Of a stretch of DNA of 64,000 nt, positions 56,332-64,000 are shown in pieces. Position numbers and translations under genes: made by a program. Each line of letters opens with the position of its first letter. Positions within the stretch are counted from its first letter, which is position 1. The notes under the pieces are model-generated. The model was given only the letters and a program-made list of their open reading frames with translations. It made no database searches and was not told where the DNA came from. The DNA is from Bdellovibrionales bacterium (GTDB lineage Bacteria; Bdellovibrionota; Bdellovibrionia; Bdellovibrionales; UBA1609): assembly GCA_027317865.1 (NCBI GenBank), contig DAHVQG010000015.1:2028-66027 (forward strand), written 5' to 3'.

Positions 56332-56878
56332 GATTCGCCTCTACTTGTGCGGTTAGCGCCCTTACTTGGGGCGAGTAAGTGACTTTGTCTAGATGAAATT
56401 GCGGCGGAGGAGCATCATTTTCACGATTATTCGCCCGGTGTCCGCGATCAATTGCGTTCATATTTTCAACAACACCAGCCATTAGCCGGTTAAGCTGATC
56501 TACATGCTGATTTAATTGCTTTTTCAACATTGCGCGTGCTTTAGGGTCTTGTGGTTTTGCGGCTTGCTCCTCAGTGATTTCTTTTTTTAATTTTTGGTAG
56601 CGAACTATAAACTGTGAAGTTTCAAGATTGTCTTCAGTTAGCAAGTCGTCGCTGCTTTTTATAAAGGTATTCGAATTCGAATCGAACACGATCATGGCCT
56701 CATTTTTCGTTTTTGAGGGTCGCGATGCTGCGTGGACAATTCCTCTGCCCGTGAAAAAATAAACAATGGCGCATAATAAAAGTGCCCCAACGATCACCAC
56801 GAAGGACCGGGCCGCTGGCCGGTCGGGAGATTTGAAATAACGGTGAGTCTCATATTGATGCAGCATGTACGCCCCCAA
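56285..56878 (-). CDS. Hypothetical single-pass membrane protein
   Basis: TM FVVIVGALLLCAIVYFF, then a charged helical ectodomain. Its 3' end overlaps the convergent 55468 gene by 47 nt. Confidence 0.45.
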   Translation of the reverse strand: MGAYMLHQYETHRYFKSPDRPAARSFVVIVGALLLCAIVYFFTGRGIVHAASRPSKTKNEAMIVFDSNSNTFIKSSDDLLTEDNLETSQFIVRYQKLKKEITEEQAAKPQDPKARAMLKKQLNQHVDQLNRLMAGVVENMNAIDRGHRANNRENDAPPPQFHLDKVTYSPQVRALTAQVEANLKANKPNPSHSQASK

Positions 56879-57132
56879 AGTCTAGTAATGCAATGTTCGT
56901 GCGCGGAATTCTAAGTGCAAATTAGGTTGTCATTCGTCTCACGGTGAGTGAACTACCAAACCTGTCGAGACTTTTGACGTCTGAACAAAGCCGCGACATT
57001 TTTTCGAGATTCTTTGCGGCGAGCGTTTTTATAACGAAGAAGGCGTGATTTTGTTGCGGAACACAACGCGACCAAAGTCGAGTTCACAACCAGGGGATTG
57101 TGTTTCACAATGATCCATTTTAACGTGCTTTT

Positions 57133-57477
57133 ATGGAATTTGTTGAACGGCACGACGACGTGAAGGAGCTGCAAAAGCGGTATGGCACGCTTGAAGAGAT
57201 TCGCGCAAAGCTCGGGCTTTCACGGCGTCAAGTTTGTGCGCAACTATTTGTTGATCCGTCGGCTTGGAGCCGGTGGACGGCAGGCGGGCAAGATCGTGCT
57301 CCGGCAAGAGTTTACAAATCATTGGGTGTTTTGCTCGATGCACGTAACGTAGATTTAAAGGCGCAATTCGCAACGGACAACGCGCGGGACTTAAGCCGGG
57401 AGTCGATTTCTCTTGGTTGGAAGCTAATTGTCATTCTCAATACTCTGGGCCTTTTCTATCTTATTTTTATGCGCTGA
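57133..57477 (+). CDS. Small HTH (XRE/MqsA-like) protein with a C-terminal TM anchor
   Basis: TLEEIRAKLGLSRRQVCAQLFVDPSAWSRWTAGGQDRAPARVYKSLGVLL follows the HTH pattern IRxxRxKLGLSQxxxAxLLGVSxxTVxxWExG. The C-terminus WKLIVILNTLGLFYLIFM is hydrophobic. There is no clear Shine-Dalgarno. Confidence 0.55.
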   Translation: MEFVERHDDVKELQKRYGTLEEIRAKLGLSRRQVCAQLFVDPSAWSRWTAGGQDRAPARVYKSLGVLLDARNVDLKAQFATDNARDLSRESISLGWKLIVILNTLGLFYLIFMR

Positions 57478-57773
57478 CGGGAGTTTATGGCTTTCGTCTT
57501 TTTATAAATAAAAATAATTTATGTCGGGTTGAGAGCCGTGCCGGGTTGCTCCTTTCTTTGATGCTAAACTGCCGCTCGTGCATAGGGCGATCAGTGTGAG
57601 AACCGCTGACGTAAATATGCCTGTCGTTACAGTTGGGATTGTCGGTAACATGACGCGAGCAACAAGGTGCTGAGCGAAAACGCTTACCTCAGAAGTATCG
57701 GAAGCCTCGCCAACAGTGCCTGCCTCGGGCATTTGCGCGATTACTGTGGCCGGAACGGCCTTCGTCAGTCTGC

Positions 57774-57788
57774 CGGTCAAATTGACCG
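57774..57788. repeat. Perfect 15-nt palindrome CGGTCAA-A-TTGACCG upstream of ldh; possible operator or small hairpin
   Basis: Read directly. 7-bp arms with a single central base, 125 nt upstream of the ldh ATG. Confidence 0.3.
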
Positions 57789-57833
57789 AAAACGTGACGT
57801 AACTGATCGCGGCACCAGATTAATCTTTTAATC

Positions 57834-57863
57834 TTGACCCTTCTCATAACCGGTTATGATAAT
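57834..57863 (+). promoter_or_regulatory. Candidate sigma70-type promoter for ldh (TTGACC-N18-GATAAT)
   Basis: -35 TTGACC at 57834-57839 and -10 GATAAT at 57858-57863, about 50 nt upstream of ATG 57913, which has an AGGGGG Shine-Dalgarno. This is a pattern match only. Confidence 0.3.
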
Positions 57864-57912
57864 AGCCTCCAAATATAGCTAAACGAGCGTTGCGCGCTTA
57901 AGGGGGCATCAA

Positions 57913-59040
57913 ATGAACACATTTGAATTGATCGAAAAACATGGTGATGACCATGAACAAGTCGTGTTTTGTCGCAATAAAGAGTCTGGTTTGCGCGCCA
58001 TAATCGCGATTCACAATACAGCACTTGGACCGGCGCTGGGCGGTACGCGCATGTGGAATTACAAAACAGAAGAAGAAGCCCTTATCGACGTTTTACGGTT
58101 ATCTAAAGGGATGACCTACAAAGCGGCGGCGGCGGGCCTCAATTTGGGCGGTGGCAAAGCGGTGATTATTGGCGATTCAAAAACGCAGAAAACAGAAGAA
58201 ATGTTTCGCGCTTTTGGAGCGTATGTGAATTCACTTGCCGGGCAATACATTACGGCAGAAGACGTCGGTACAACTGTAAAAGACATGGAATATATATTTA
58301 TGGAAACACCCTACGTGACCGGCATTCCCGCTGCGTTTGGCGGTTCGGGCGATCCTAGCCCGTACACGGCGCACGGGGTGTTTATGGCGATCAAAGCGTC
58401 GGTGCATGAACAGTTTAAAACGGATGAACTCGCCGGTCTTCGCGTAAACGTACAGGGCCTAGGCAACGTCGGGAGCCATTTGGTGGGATTTTTAGTGCAA
58501 GCGGGCGCCAAAGTCGGCGTTGCCGATATTGATGCCGACAAAGTTAAAGCACTGACGAAAAAGATCCCTGATTTGCGTGTTATTTCAAGCGACGAAATCG
58601 TCACGAGCGAATGTGACGTGTTCGCCCCGTGTGCATTGGGAGCGGTCATCAATGATCGCACGATCGGCAACCTCAAGTGTAAAATCGTGTGCGGAGGCGC
58701 CAACAATCAACTCGCTGAACCTCGCCACGGCGACGCGCTTCGCGAATTGGGGATTTTATATGCTCCGGATTATGTCGCCAATGCGGGCGGTCTTATGAAT
58801 GTTTTTGTGGAACTTGAGGGCTACTCATCGGATCGCGCATTTGATAAAACTAAACAAGTGTACGAAAGCATGATGCGCATTTTTGAAATCGCAAAAGTAG
58901 AAAATATTTCGACGCACGTGGCGGCCAATCGCTTGGCAGAGCATCGTTTGAATAAAATCGGCGGATTGCGAAAGCACTATCAGGGCCGTACGGCTCGGCC
59001 GCATTCGACATTGAAAGAAATTGTGTTGCGAAGATCATAA
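57913..59040 (+). CDS. ldh: Leucine (branched-chain amino acid) dehydrogenase, Glu/Leu/Phe/Val dehydrogenase family
   Basis: LGPALGGTRMWNY, SKGMTYKAAAAGLNLGGGKAVIIGD and the Rossmann motif VQGLGNVGSHL. Confidence 0.85.
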   Translation: MNTFELIEKHGDDHEQVVFCRNKESGLRAIIAIHNTALGPALGGTRMWNYKTEEEALIDVLRLSKGMTYKAAAAGLNLGGGKAVIIGDSKTQKTEEMFRAFGAYVNSLAGQYITAEDVGTTVKDMEYIFMETPYVTGIPAAFGGSGDPSPYTAHGVFMAIKASVHEQFKTDELAGLRVNVQGLGNVGSHLVGFLVQAGAKVGVADIDADKVKALTKKIPDLRVISSDEIVTSECDVFAPCALGAVINDRTIGNLKCKIVCGGANNQLAEPRHGDALRELGILYAPDYVANAGGLMNVFVELEGYSSDRAFDKTKQVYESMMRIFEIAKVENISTHVAANRLAEHRLNKIGGLRKHYQGRTARPHSTLKEIVLRRS

Positions 59041-59049
59041 GGAGAAAAA

Positions 59050-59847
59050 ATGGCGAAATCACCATTGTCGGGAAAAGATTCCACGCTCCAATATAAGTTG
59101 ACCGAATTTATCGCCAACTGGTGGCAGACTTTTGTGCTGATCGCCGTGCTTTTGATTTTGGGCTTCGGGGGAGCGGTCAGTTATCAAGCTTTTGAGCGGC
59201 AAAAAGAAAAACAGGCGCAAAATAAACTCTACGTTTTGCATAAAGAAATGCAAAACGAGACAATTGCGCTTGAAAAGTCCGACCAGACTGAAACAGCCGC
59301 GAATCAAAAGGGCAAAAAGAATAAATTGACTGCCAAAAATAAAACTCCCGCGAAACCGGCAAAAACCCCGCAAATGTTGGCAAATGATTACGGAAGTATT
59401 TTAAAGAAATACGTCACATTTATTCGAAAATATGAAAATCGCAAAGCATCATACATGGCGGCGATTGAAGCGGCGTCCTTAGCTGCGAAGTATAACGACG
59501 ATCATCGTGCCGAAAGTATTTTAAAGATGGTGATCAACAAACCGGCTAAGAATGATTTGTTTTGGGCACTTTTAAACGGCCAGTACGCCGGCATATTGAT
59601 TCATGACAATAAGTGTGCGGAGGCGATTCCGGTATTGAACTCGATTGTCAACAATTCGGCCTATTCATTTTTTCGATCCCATGCACTGTTACGACTTGGC
59701 GCTTGCTATATCGAGACTAAGAATTACAACCGTGCTCAGGATGCGCTAGTGAGAGTGCAGACGGACTTTCCGCAATCGGTGGCGGCGCGTTTTGAGGCAC
59801 CGATATTGAAGCGGTTAATTTTACTGCGGCAAGGGCAGAAGTCTTGA
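59050..59847 (+). CDS. YfgM-like membrane-anchored TPR protein
   Basis: The N-terminus ...EFIANWWQTFVLIAVLLILGFGGAVSY contains a TM, followed by a TPR-like helical domain. It lies directly upstream of bamB, as yfgM does in enterobacteria. Confidence 0.55.
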   Translation: MAKSPLSGKDSTLQYKLTEFIANWWQTFVLIAVLLILGFGGAVSYQAFERQKEKQAQNKLYVLHKEMQNETIALEKSDQTETAANQKGKKNKLTAKNKTPAKPAKTPQMLANDYGSILKKYVTFIRKYENRKASYMAAIEAASLAAKYNDDHRAESILKMVINKPAKNDLFWALLNGQYAGILIHDNKCAEAIPVLNSIVNNSAYSFFRSHALLRLGACYIETKNYNRAQDALVRVQTDFPQSVAARFEAPILKRLILLRQGQKS

Positions 59848-59867
59848 GACGAGATCTCGGTTTGCGT

Positions 59868-61010
59868 ATGCGTTTTGGAGTTATCCTAACCGGATTTTGT
59901 TTGATGGGCTGCACAAGCCTGACTACGAACACCGTTTCGAAACATTTCGTGTTCGAAAGGGTTTGGGCTGCACATACCCCGCTTCACGATCACCCTGGGT
60001 ATTTTATAAGCCACATAATGGCCCCGGTTATTGACGGTAATCTCGTGATTGCGGGCAATGAATTCGACTGCATTCGCGCATATAATAAAATTACCGGGCA
60101 GAGTGTTTGGGTGCGACCAATCGTCGGCGGTGTAACGTCGAGCGCGCGTTTATTCGATGGTGTTGTTTATTTCGGCGCGGGCGACGGGCACATTTACGCC
60201 CTGAACGCAAAAACCGGACGCACCGTTTGGAGATTTCCGATTCGCTCGGAAGGCATCGGTACGCCGCTTGTTACTCCCAAAGCCGTCTATTTTGTCACTG
60301 GAACAGATTCTATTTATTCAGTTAATCGTCAAACCGGAGAGAAAAATTGGTTTTTCACTCGCCAAGATAATTCAGACATCACGGTGCGTGGCGCGAGTGA
60401 GCCAACTCTCGTCGGTGATCGTCTGTACGCGGGTTTAAGCGATGGGTTTTTAGTTGGGCTTAATAGTAAAACGGGCGATCTTGAATGGCAAAAGCAACTG
60501 AACTCTCACTTGCGCTTTCGCGATGTTGACGATAAACCCATACTCAACGACGGACGCCTATACGTTTCAAGTTACGACGGTAAGCTTTATTGTTTAAACG
60601 CGACGACAGGAGCGACCGTTTGGGTTGACGGCCAAGGTGGCTTTACGCCAGTTTCTATAGTCGGCAATCGCGTTTACTATTCGACCTCGTCGCAGATGCT
60701 TCAAGCGTTAGACAAAAACACGGGTCGAGTGATTTGGTCGCGTAATCTCAAGAACACAGTGGGTACGCGTCCCGTTTTTTATCATGGTCTTATACTCATC
60801 GGGGAGTGGGATGGCCCCCTTCTTGCGCTCAATGCACGGACCGGTCAAAAAGTGGCGTCATTTGAAACCGGTTTGGGCGTTACTGCGCGCCCCGTGGTTG
60901 ATCCGGCGACGTCAATGATTTATTTGAACACCCGTGACGCCAATATATTTGCATTGAAACTTAAATTTCAATCGGTAATGGAAAACTGGCCATGGCAAAA
61001 CGCAAATTGA
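59868..61010 (+). CDS. bamB: Outer membrane protein assembly factor BamB (PQQ-like beta-propeller lipoprotein)
   Basis: ATG 59868 gives MRFGVILTGFCLMGC (lipobox). Repeated propeller blades follow (DGHIYALNAKTGRTVW, IYSVNRQTGEKNW, FLVGLNSKTGDLEW, KLYCLNATTGATVW, LQALDKNTGRVIW, LLALNARTGQKV). The TTG at 59844 is the alternative start. Confidence 0.8.
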   Translation: MRFGVILTGFCLMGCTSLTTNTVSKHFVFERVWAAHTPLHDHPGYFISHIMAPVIDGNLVIAGNEFDCIRAYNKITGQSVWVRPIVGGVTSSARLFDGVVYFGAGDGHIYALNAKTGRTVWRFPIRSEGIGTPLVTPKAVYFVTGTDSIYSVNRQTGEKNWFFTRQDNSDITVRGASEPTLVGDRLYAGLSDGFLVGLNSKTGDLEWQKQLNSHLRFRDVDDKPILNDGRLYVSSYDGKLYCLNATTGATVWVDGQGGFTPVSIVGNRVYYSTSSQMLQALDKNTGRVIWSRNLKNTVGTRPVFYHGLILIGEWDGPLLALNARTGQKVASFETGLGVTARPVVDPATSMIYLNTRDANIFALKLKFQSVMENWPWQNAN

Positions 61011-61354
61011 AGTTCAAATTATCTGGCCCTTTGTTTTTGGTTTTGTTTTTTATTATTGCCGGATGTGCGACCGGACATTGTCGGGGGAACGAGCGTGATG
61101 TTGAAAAACATGTGTTCGTTTACAAGCCGGACGGGAGCAAGCAATGTTCGGGCAAACCCGGCAAGTCGGTCGAATCGATGGCTACGGAATTATCGTCGGT
61201 GCAAATTTATTCCGAAGAAAGTCGATATGATGGCAAATTACATGCACAAATGTGCGGTTTGCCAACCGGACGAATTAATGTTTATGAAATTGGCATCTCG
61301 GATTTGTCAGCGGCAAATAAACTCGGATTCAAATTGTTTAAGGCAGGCAAATGA
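60992..61354 (+). CDS. Hypothetical small lipoprotein
   Basis: MAKRKLKFKLSGPLFLVLFFIIAGC is a lipobox signal. 120 aa. It overlaps the bamB end by 19 nt and the apt start by 4 nt. Confidence 0.5.
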   Translation: MAKRKLKFKLSGPLFLVLFFIIAGCATGHCRGNERDVEKHVFVYKPDGSKQCSGKPGKSVESMATELSSVQIYSEESRYDGKLHAQMCGLPTGRINVYEIGISDLSAANKLGFKLFKAGK

Positions 61355-61866
61355 CCCTCGAAGAGGTCTACCGTTTGATTCGTGACGTTCCGGATTTTCC
61401 GAAGCCCGGTATTTTGTTTAAAGACATCACTCCCATATTGGAACATGGTGAGGCTTTCGCCAGTTTGACTCGCCATCTAGCCGAGAAAATGCCGCCAAAT
61501 TTGAACAAGCTAGTGGCCATTGAAAGTCGCGGTTTTATTTTAGGGGCCGCGGTGGCGCAACATTTGCGCTGTGGTCTAGTTCTTGTACGAAAACCCGGAA
61601 AGCTCCCGCGTGCGACAATGCGCGAAACTTATACGCTTGAATATGGCACGGATGCTCTTGAATTACATGAAGATGCGTTGACCGCAACGGATCGGGTGGC
61701 ATTAATTGATGATGTCCTTGCCACTGGTGGTACGGCTTCGGCGACCGAGCGCTTGTGCATGCGTCAGGGAGCTCGCGTCTTAGCGTCGGTCTTTCTAATG
61801 GAAATTGAAGCTCTTCGGGGTCGCGAAAAATTACAAAATCCGGCAATTTCGCTCATTCGAGTCTAA
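61351..61866 (+). CDS. apt: Adenine phosphoribosyltransferase
   Basis: DFPKPGILFKDITPIL and the PRPP motif VALIDDVLATGGTA. Confidence 0.95.
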   Translation: MTLEEVYRLIRDVPDFPKPGILFKDITPILEHGEAFASLTRHLAEKMPPNLNKLVAIESRGFILGAAVAQHLRCGLVLVRKPGKLPRATMRETYTLEYGTDALELHEDALTATDRVALIDDVLATGGTASATERLCMRQGARVLASVFLMEIEALRGREKLQNPAISLIRV

Positions 61867-61973
61867 AAAAATTGCTCTCTAACCGTTTTATAACCAGCGC
61901 ATTAAGTTTCTTGTGCTAAATAATGGCGCGTAAGCGAAAAAAAACTGATTCGATATTCCCATAAGGAGGGCGT

Positions 61974-62570
61974 ATGCGTATTTTTTCGACTGTTATAGTA
62001 GCATTTCTATCGGCTAATTTGGCTCATGCGGCGACTGTCGCGACGGCACGTAACCAAAGAAAAGAAGTACCGTTTAGCAATTTTACGATTTCATTTGATT
62101 GTAACGGTAATGGAATCCCAAACTTTTCGAACTGGACAATACAAGGGCTCGCCGCTGATTCGTTTAATCATGCAGTCGTCTTCTCCAGCACGGATCCAGC
62201 GATGAGCAATAAACAACTTTTTGTCATTGGTGATACCGTTAATCTTGCAATTGAAAGACGCTATCGCACCGATCGCCCTGCGACTATGATTGAGATCGGT
62301 ACGTTCAATAAACATGCAGCGGTTTGCCAACCCGACGATGAAGGTCAAGGCTACGGTAAAACATTTGATGGCCCCGTGTTAAATATGACCACGGCCAAAG
62401 GGATTACGCTGTCGTTGGTTGCTGGCACTAAAAAATGCGAACCCAGTATGTTCAACTCCGATACGCTCAATACATTAGTCGTTCATTACGATGGCAACAA
62501 AGTTTCAGCAAACAATCGCGTGTATGCGGGCCAACGCCGGTTTGAGATTATACCCGCCGAGTGCGAGTGA
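61974..62570 (+). CDS. Hypothetical secreted protein
   Basis: Signal peptide MRIFSTVIVAFLSANLAHA. 4 Cys. GGAGG Shine-Dalgarno. I recognise no family. Confidence 0.5.
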   Translation: MRIFSTVIVAFLSANLAHAATVATARNQRKEVPFSNFTISFDCNGNGIPNFSNWTIQGLAADSFNHAVVFSSTDPAMSNKQLFVIGDTVNLAIERRYRTDRPATMIEIGTFNKHAAVCQPDDEGQGYGKTFDGPVLNMTTAKGITLSLVAGTKKCEPSMFNSDTLNTLVVHYDGNKVSANNRVYAGQRRFEIIPAECE

Positions 62571-62988
62571 ATTTGGTTTGGTCAAACGCGTTCGGAAATA
62601 TTTCGGCAAAAGTTGTTTCTAGGGTCTGGCCGCTGGCATTCATACAATAGACCCGAGTTTGCGGAGTCGAAAACTCCGCAAGCACTTGGCGGCATAAACC
62701 GCAAGGTGGCCAGATCTTCTGTTGATTTGTAACGATGAGAATCGCGCGAATTTTTTTGTTATTCCCAACCGCGCCATTTGCAACAGCTGAGCAAACCGCA
62801 GTTCGTTCAGCGCAGATCGTCCCGCCGTACGAGGCATTTTCAACATTACAACCCGAGTAAATACGGCCATTTGTGGTCATTAAAGCAGAGCCGACTTTAA
62901 TTCGGCTGTAGGGTGAATAGGAGTTGCGAAGCGAACGCTTGGCCTCGCGCAAGAGTCGTGCCTTCAAGCTTTTATCATTGTTTGGCAA
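62548..62988 (-). CDS. cdd: Cytidine deaminase
   Basis: CAERTAV and PCGLCRQV zinc-ligand motifs. Confidence 0.9.
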   Translation of the reverse strand: MPNNDKSLKARLLREAKRSLRNSYSPYSRIKVGSALMTTNGRIYSGCNVENASYGGTICAERTAVCSAVANGAVGNNKKIRAILIVTNQQKIWPPCGLCRQVLAEFSTPQTRVYCMNASGQTLETTFAEIFPNAFDQTKFTRTRRV

Positions 62989-63901
62989 TTTGCTGTTCTC
63001 TTTTCAGAATTTCTCTTGCTCTGATCGCAAGCGTGCCAGTTAAATCCTGTAGCCTATTAAATTCCCAAGGCTGTTGAAGCCCGTTGAAATGTAATTCGAT
63101 AGTCAGCACAGGGATATGATGGTCAACCCACATGTAGCGGCCCAAGCTGCCCGGGAATGTACCAATGTTGTACCATGGCAGGCGGTAAAAATTGGGACGT
63201 GGCAATTTTTTGGGCCCGTCCAAATCGAGAACTCCGTAGGGAGTGTGAACCGATATGATAAAATCGGGTTTAAAAGCAGCGATTTGTTTAACAATACATT
63301 GAGTTTCGCGTTCGCTGTCTGCCGTGGGGCCGGGGTAGCGGCGCTTATTGTTTTTTTCAAACGTGTGCCAATATTTATGGGCTAACAAATTCCAGTCAGA
63401 CGACGGAAAATTTCGGTTGAGATCAACGCCGTGAGCATTGTAGCGAGTCCACGCAGCCGCTCCATCAGGGTTTACGAGGGGTATGACCCGCCAAGTATTT
63501 CGGGGATTAATGCGATTCAGACGGATCATCCAATTGCGGCCAACCGAGCCCGCCGGGTGTTCGTCGCCATGAATGAGCGAAATCGCCAAAATACGTTCCG
63601 CATGTTTATCGTAGCCATCGCGTTCAAAATAAAAAATGGGAGAGCCTTTTTCGCTCTGGCAGTCGTCAGAAACAATTACTTTTTGGCATGCCGCCGCGAG
63701 TGCTTTTTTGCTGAATTTGCCCGGAAGTTCAGAAAGTCGTTTGATACAAAAACTTGGCGCCATCGCTTGAAGCTTTTTTTCTGAAACAGCGGGCCTATGG
63801 TAGCGCGGTCCGACAAATTTCGGCGGCGGTTGCACAGTTGCGCCGGCTCGTAACGCAAACAGTGTGACCAAAATTTGAGTGATAGACCCTAAAAGAAACA
63901 T
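62975..63901 (-). CDS. M14 family zinc carboxypeptidase (MpaA/gamma-D-Glu-DAP peptidase-like), secreted
   Basis: Signal peptide. IHGDEHPA (HxxE), PLVNPDG, HGVDLNRNFP and SVHTPYG. Confidence 0.75.
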   Translation of the reverse strand: MFLLGSITQILVTLFALRAGATVQPPPKFVGPRYHRPAVSEKKLQAMAPSFCIKRLSELPGKFSKKALAAACQKVIVSDDCQSEKGSPIFYFERDGYDKHAERILAISLIHGDEHPAGSVGRNWMIRLNRINPRNTWRVIPLVNPDGAAAWTRYNAHGVDLNRNFPSSDWNLLAHKYWHTFEKNNKRRYPGPTADSERETQCIVKQIAAFKPDFIISVHTPYGVLDLDGPKKLPRPNFYRLPWYNIGTFPGSLGRYMWVDHHIPVLTIELHFNGLQQPWEFNRLQDLTGTLAIRAREILKREQQIAKQ

Positions 63902-64000
63902 GAATTATGTGTCAGCATTTACGCGGCCGACACCTCCTCGTTCACATTTTTTGGGAATATGCCGAGTGAGTCAAGCAACATTCGTTCTTGTGCCGCGAAG

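Noticed and set aside
56953-57174. 73-aa basic minus-strand ORF (…RYKNARRKESRKNVAALFRRQKSRQVW) as a small gene, or as a toxin partner of the HTH protein
   Set aside because: It has no Shine-Dalgarno and matches no ribosomal or toxin family I know. It overlaps the start of the better-supported HTH gene head-to-head by 42 nt. Toxin-antitoxin pairs are normally co-directional. It cannot be fully excluded without conservation or expression data.
57617-57673. 18-codon + strand mini-ORF MPVVTVGIVGNMTRATRC as a branched-chain-amino-acid leader peptide/attenuator for ldh
   Set aside because: It has no Shine-Dalgarno, and no terminator hairpin with a U-run lies between it and ldh. Attenuation is characteristic of biosynthetic rather than catabolic BCAA genes. 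The stop codon next to the 57670-57692 hairpin is probably coincidental.
57802-57830. GGCAC at 57811-57815 as a sigma54 (-24/-12) promoter for ldh, by analogy with bkd operons
   Set aside because: The required TTGC -12 element at the correct spacing is absent; the sequence reads TTAATC instead.
63919-64000. Possible 3' end of another minus-strand gene at the window edge (…FAAQERMLLDSLGIFPKNVNEEVSAA*)
   Set aside because: Only 27 codons are visible and there is no recognisable motif. An open frame of this length is not evidence of a gene.

Overview
This window is a densely packed, mostly housekeeping chromosomal segment of a Gram-negative bacterium. LptD, BamB and YbgF/YfgM-like proteins support that. 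A Bdellovibrionota/Oligoflexia-like lineage is only a guess from protein flavour. GC is roughly 50% by eye. I see about 65 protein genes, one tRNA and no rRNA. I found no transposase, integrase, phage, CRISPR or recognisable defence genes. Main blocks: (i) an extended trmD operon on the + strand, ffh-rpsP-KH-rimM-trmD-SPOUT-rplS-rnhB-yraN (829-6427); (ii) lptD and a CHASE2 class III nucleotide cyclase on the - strand; (iii) dps, a VKOR-DsbA fusion, HU, argS and pyk; (iv) a thiolase-scoA-scoB operon ending in a CRP-like cNMP-binding protein; (v) a roughly 12 kb tightly coupled + strand run, miaB-nuclease-gammaCA-guaB-guaA-dnaE-two unknown envelope proteins-lipB, then tRNA-Val; (vi) icd; (vii) a long - strand operon, yceD-rpmF-fabH-fabD-fabG-acpP-fabF-rpiB-glyA-M23 peptidase, with no plsX; (viii) ldh, yfgM-like, bamB, apt, cdd and an M14 peptidase. 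rpmF (59 aa) is missing from the ORF track and was found by hand. I did not find a convincing new multi-gene system. The leads most worth a second look are: the tRNA-Val with C at position 33; an outer-membrane barrel with a 6-residue-period Arg ladder encoded partly by perfect 18-bp repeats; an uncharacterised envelope pair translationally coupled between dnaE and lipB; a GC-rich roughly 300-nt stretch upstream of ldh with no convincing gene; and two long coiled-coil proteins. All calls come from reading translations and motifs by eye, with no searches run.
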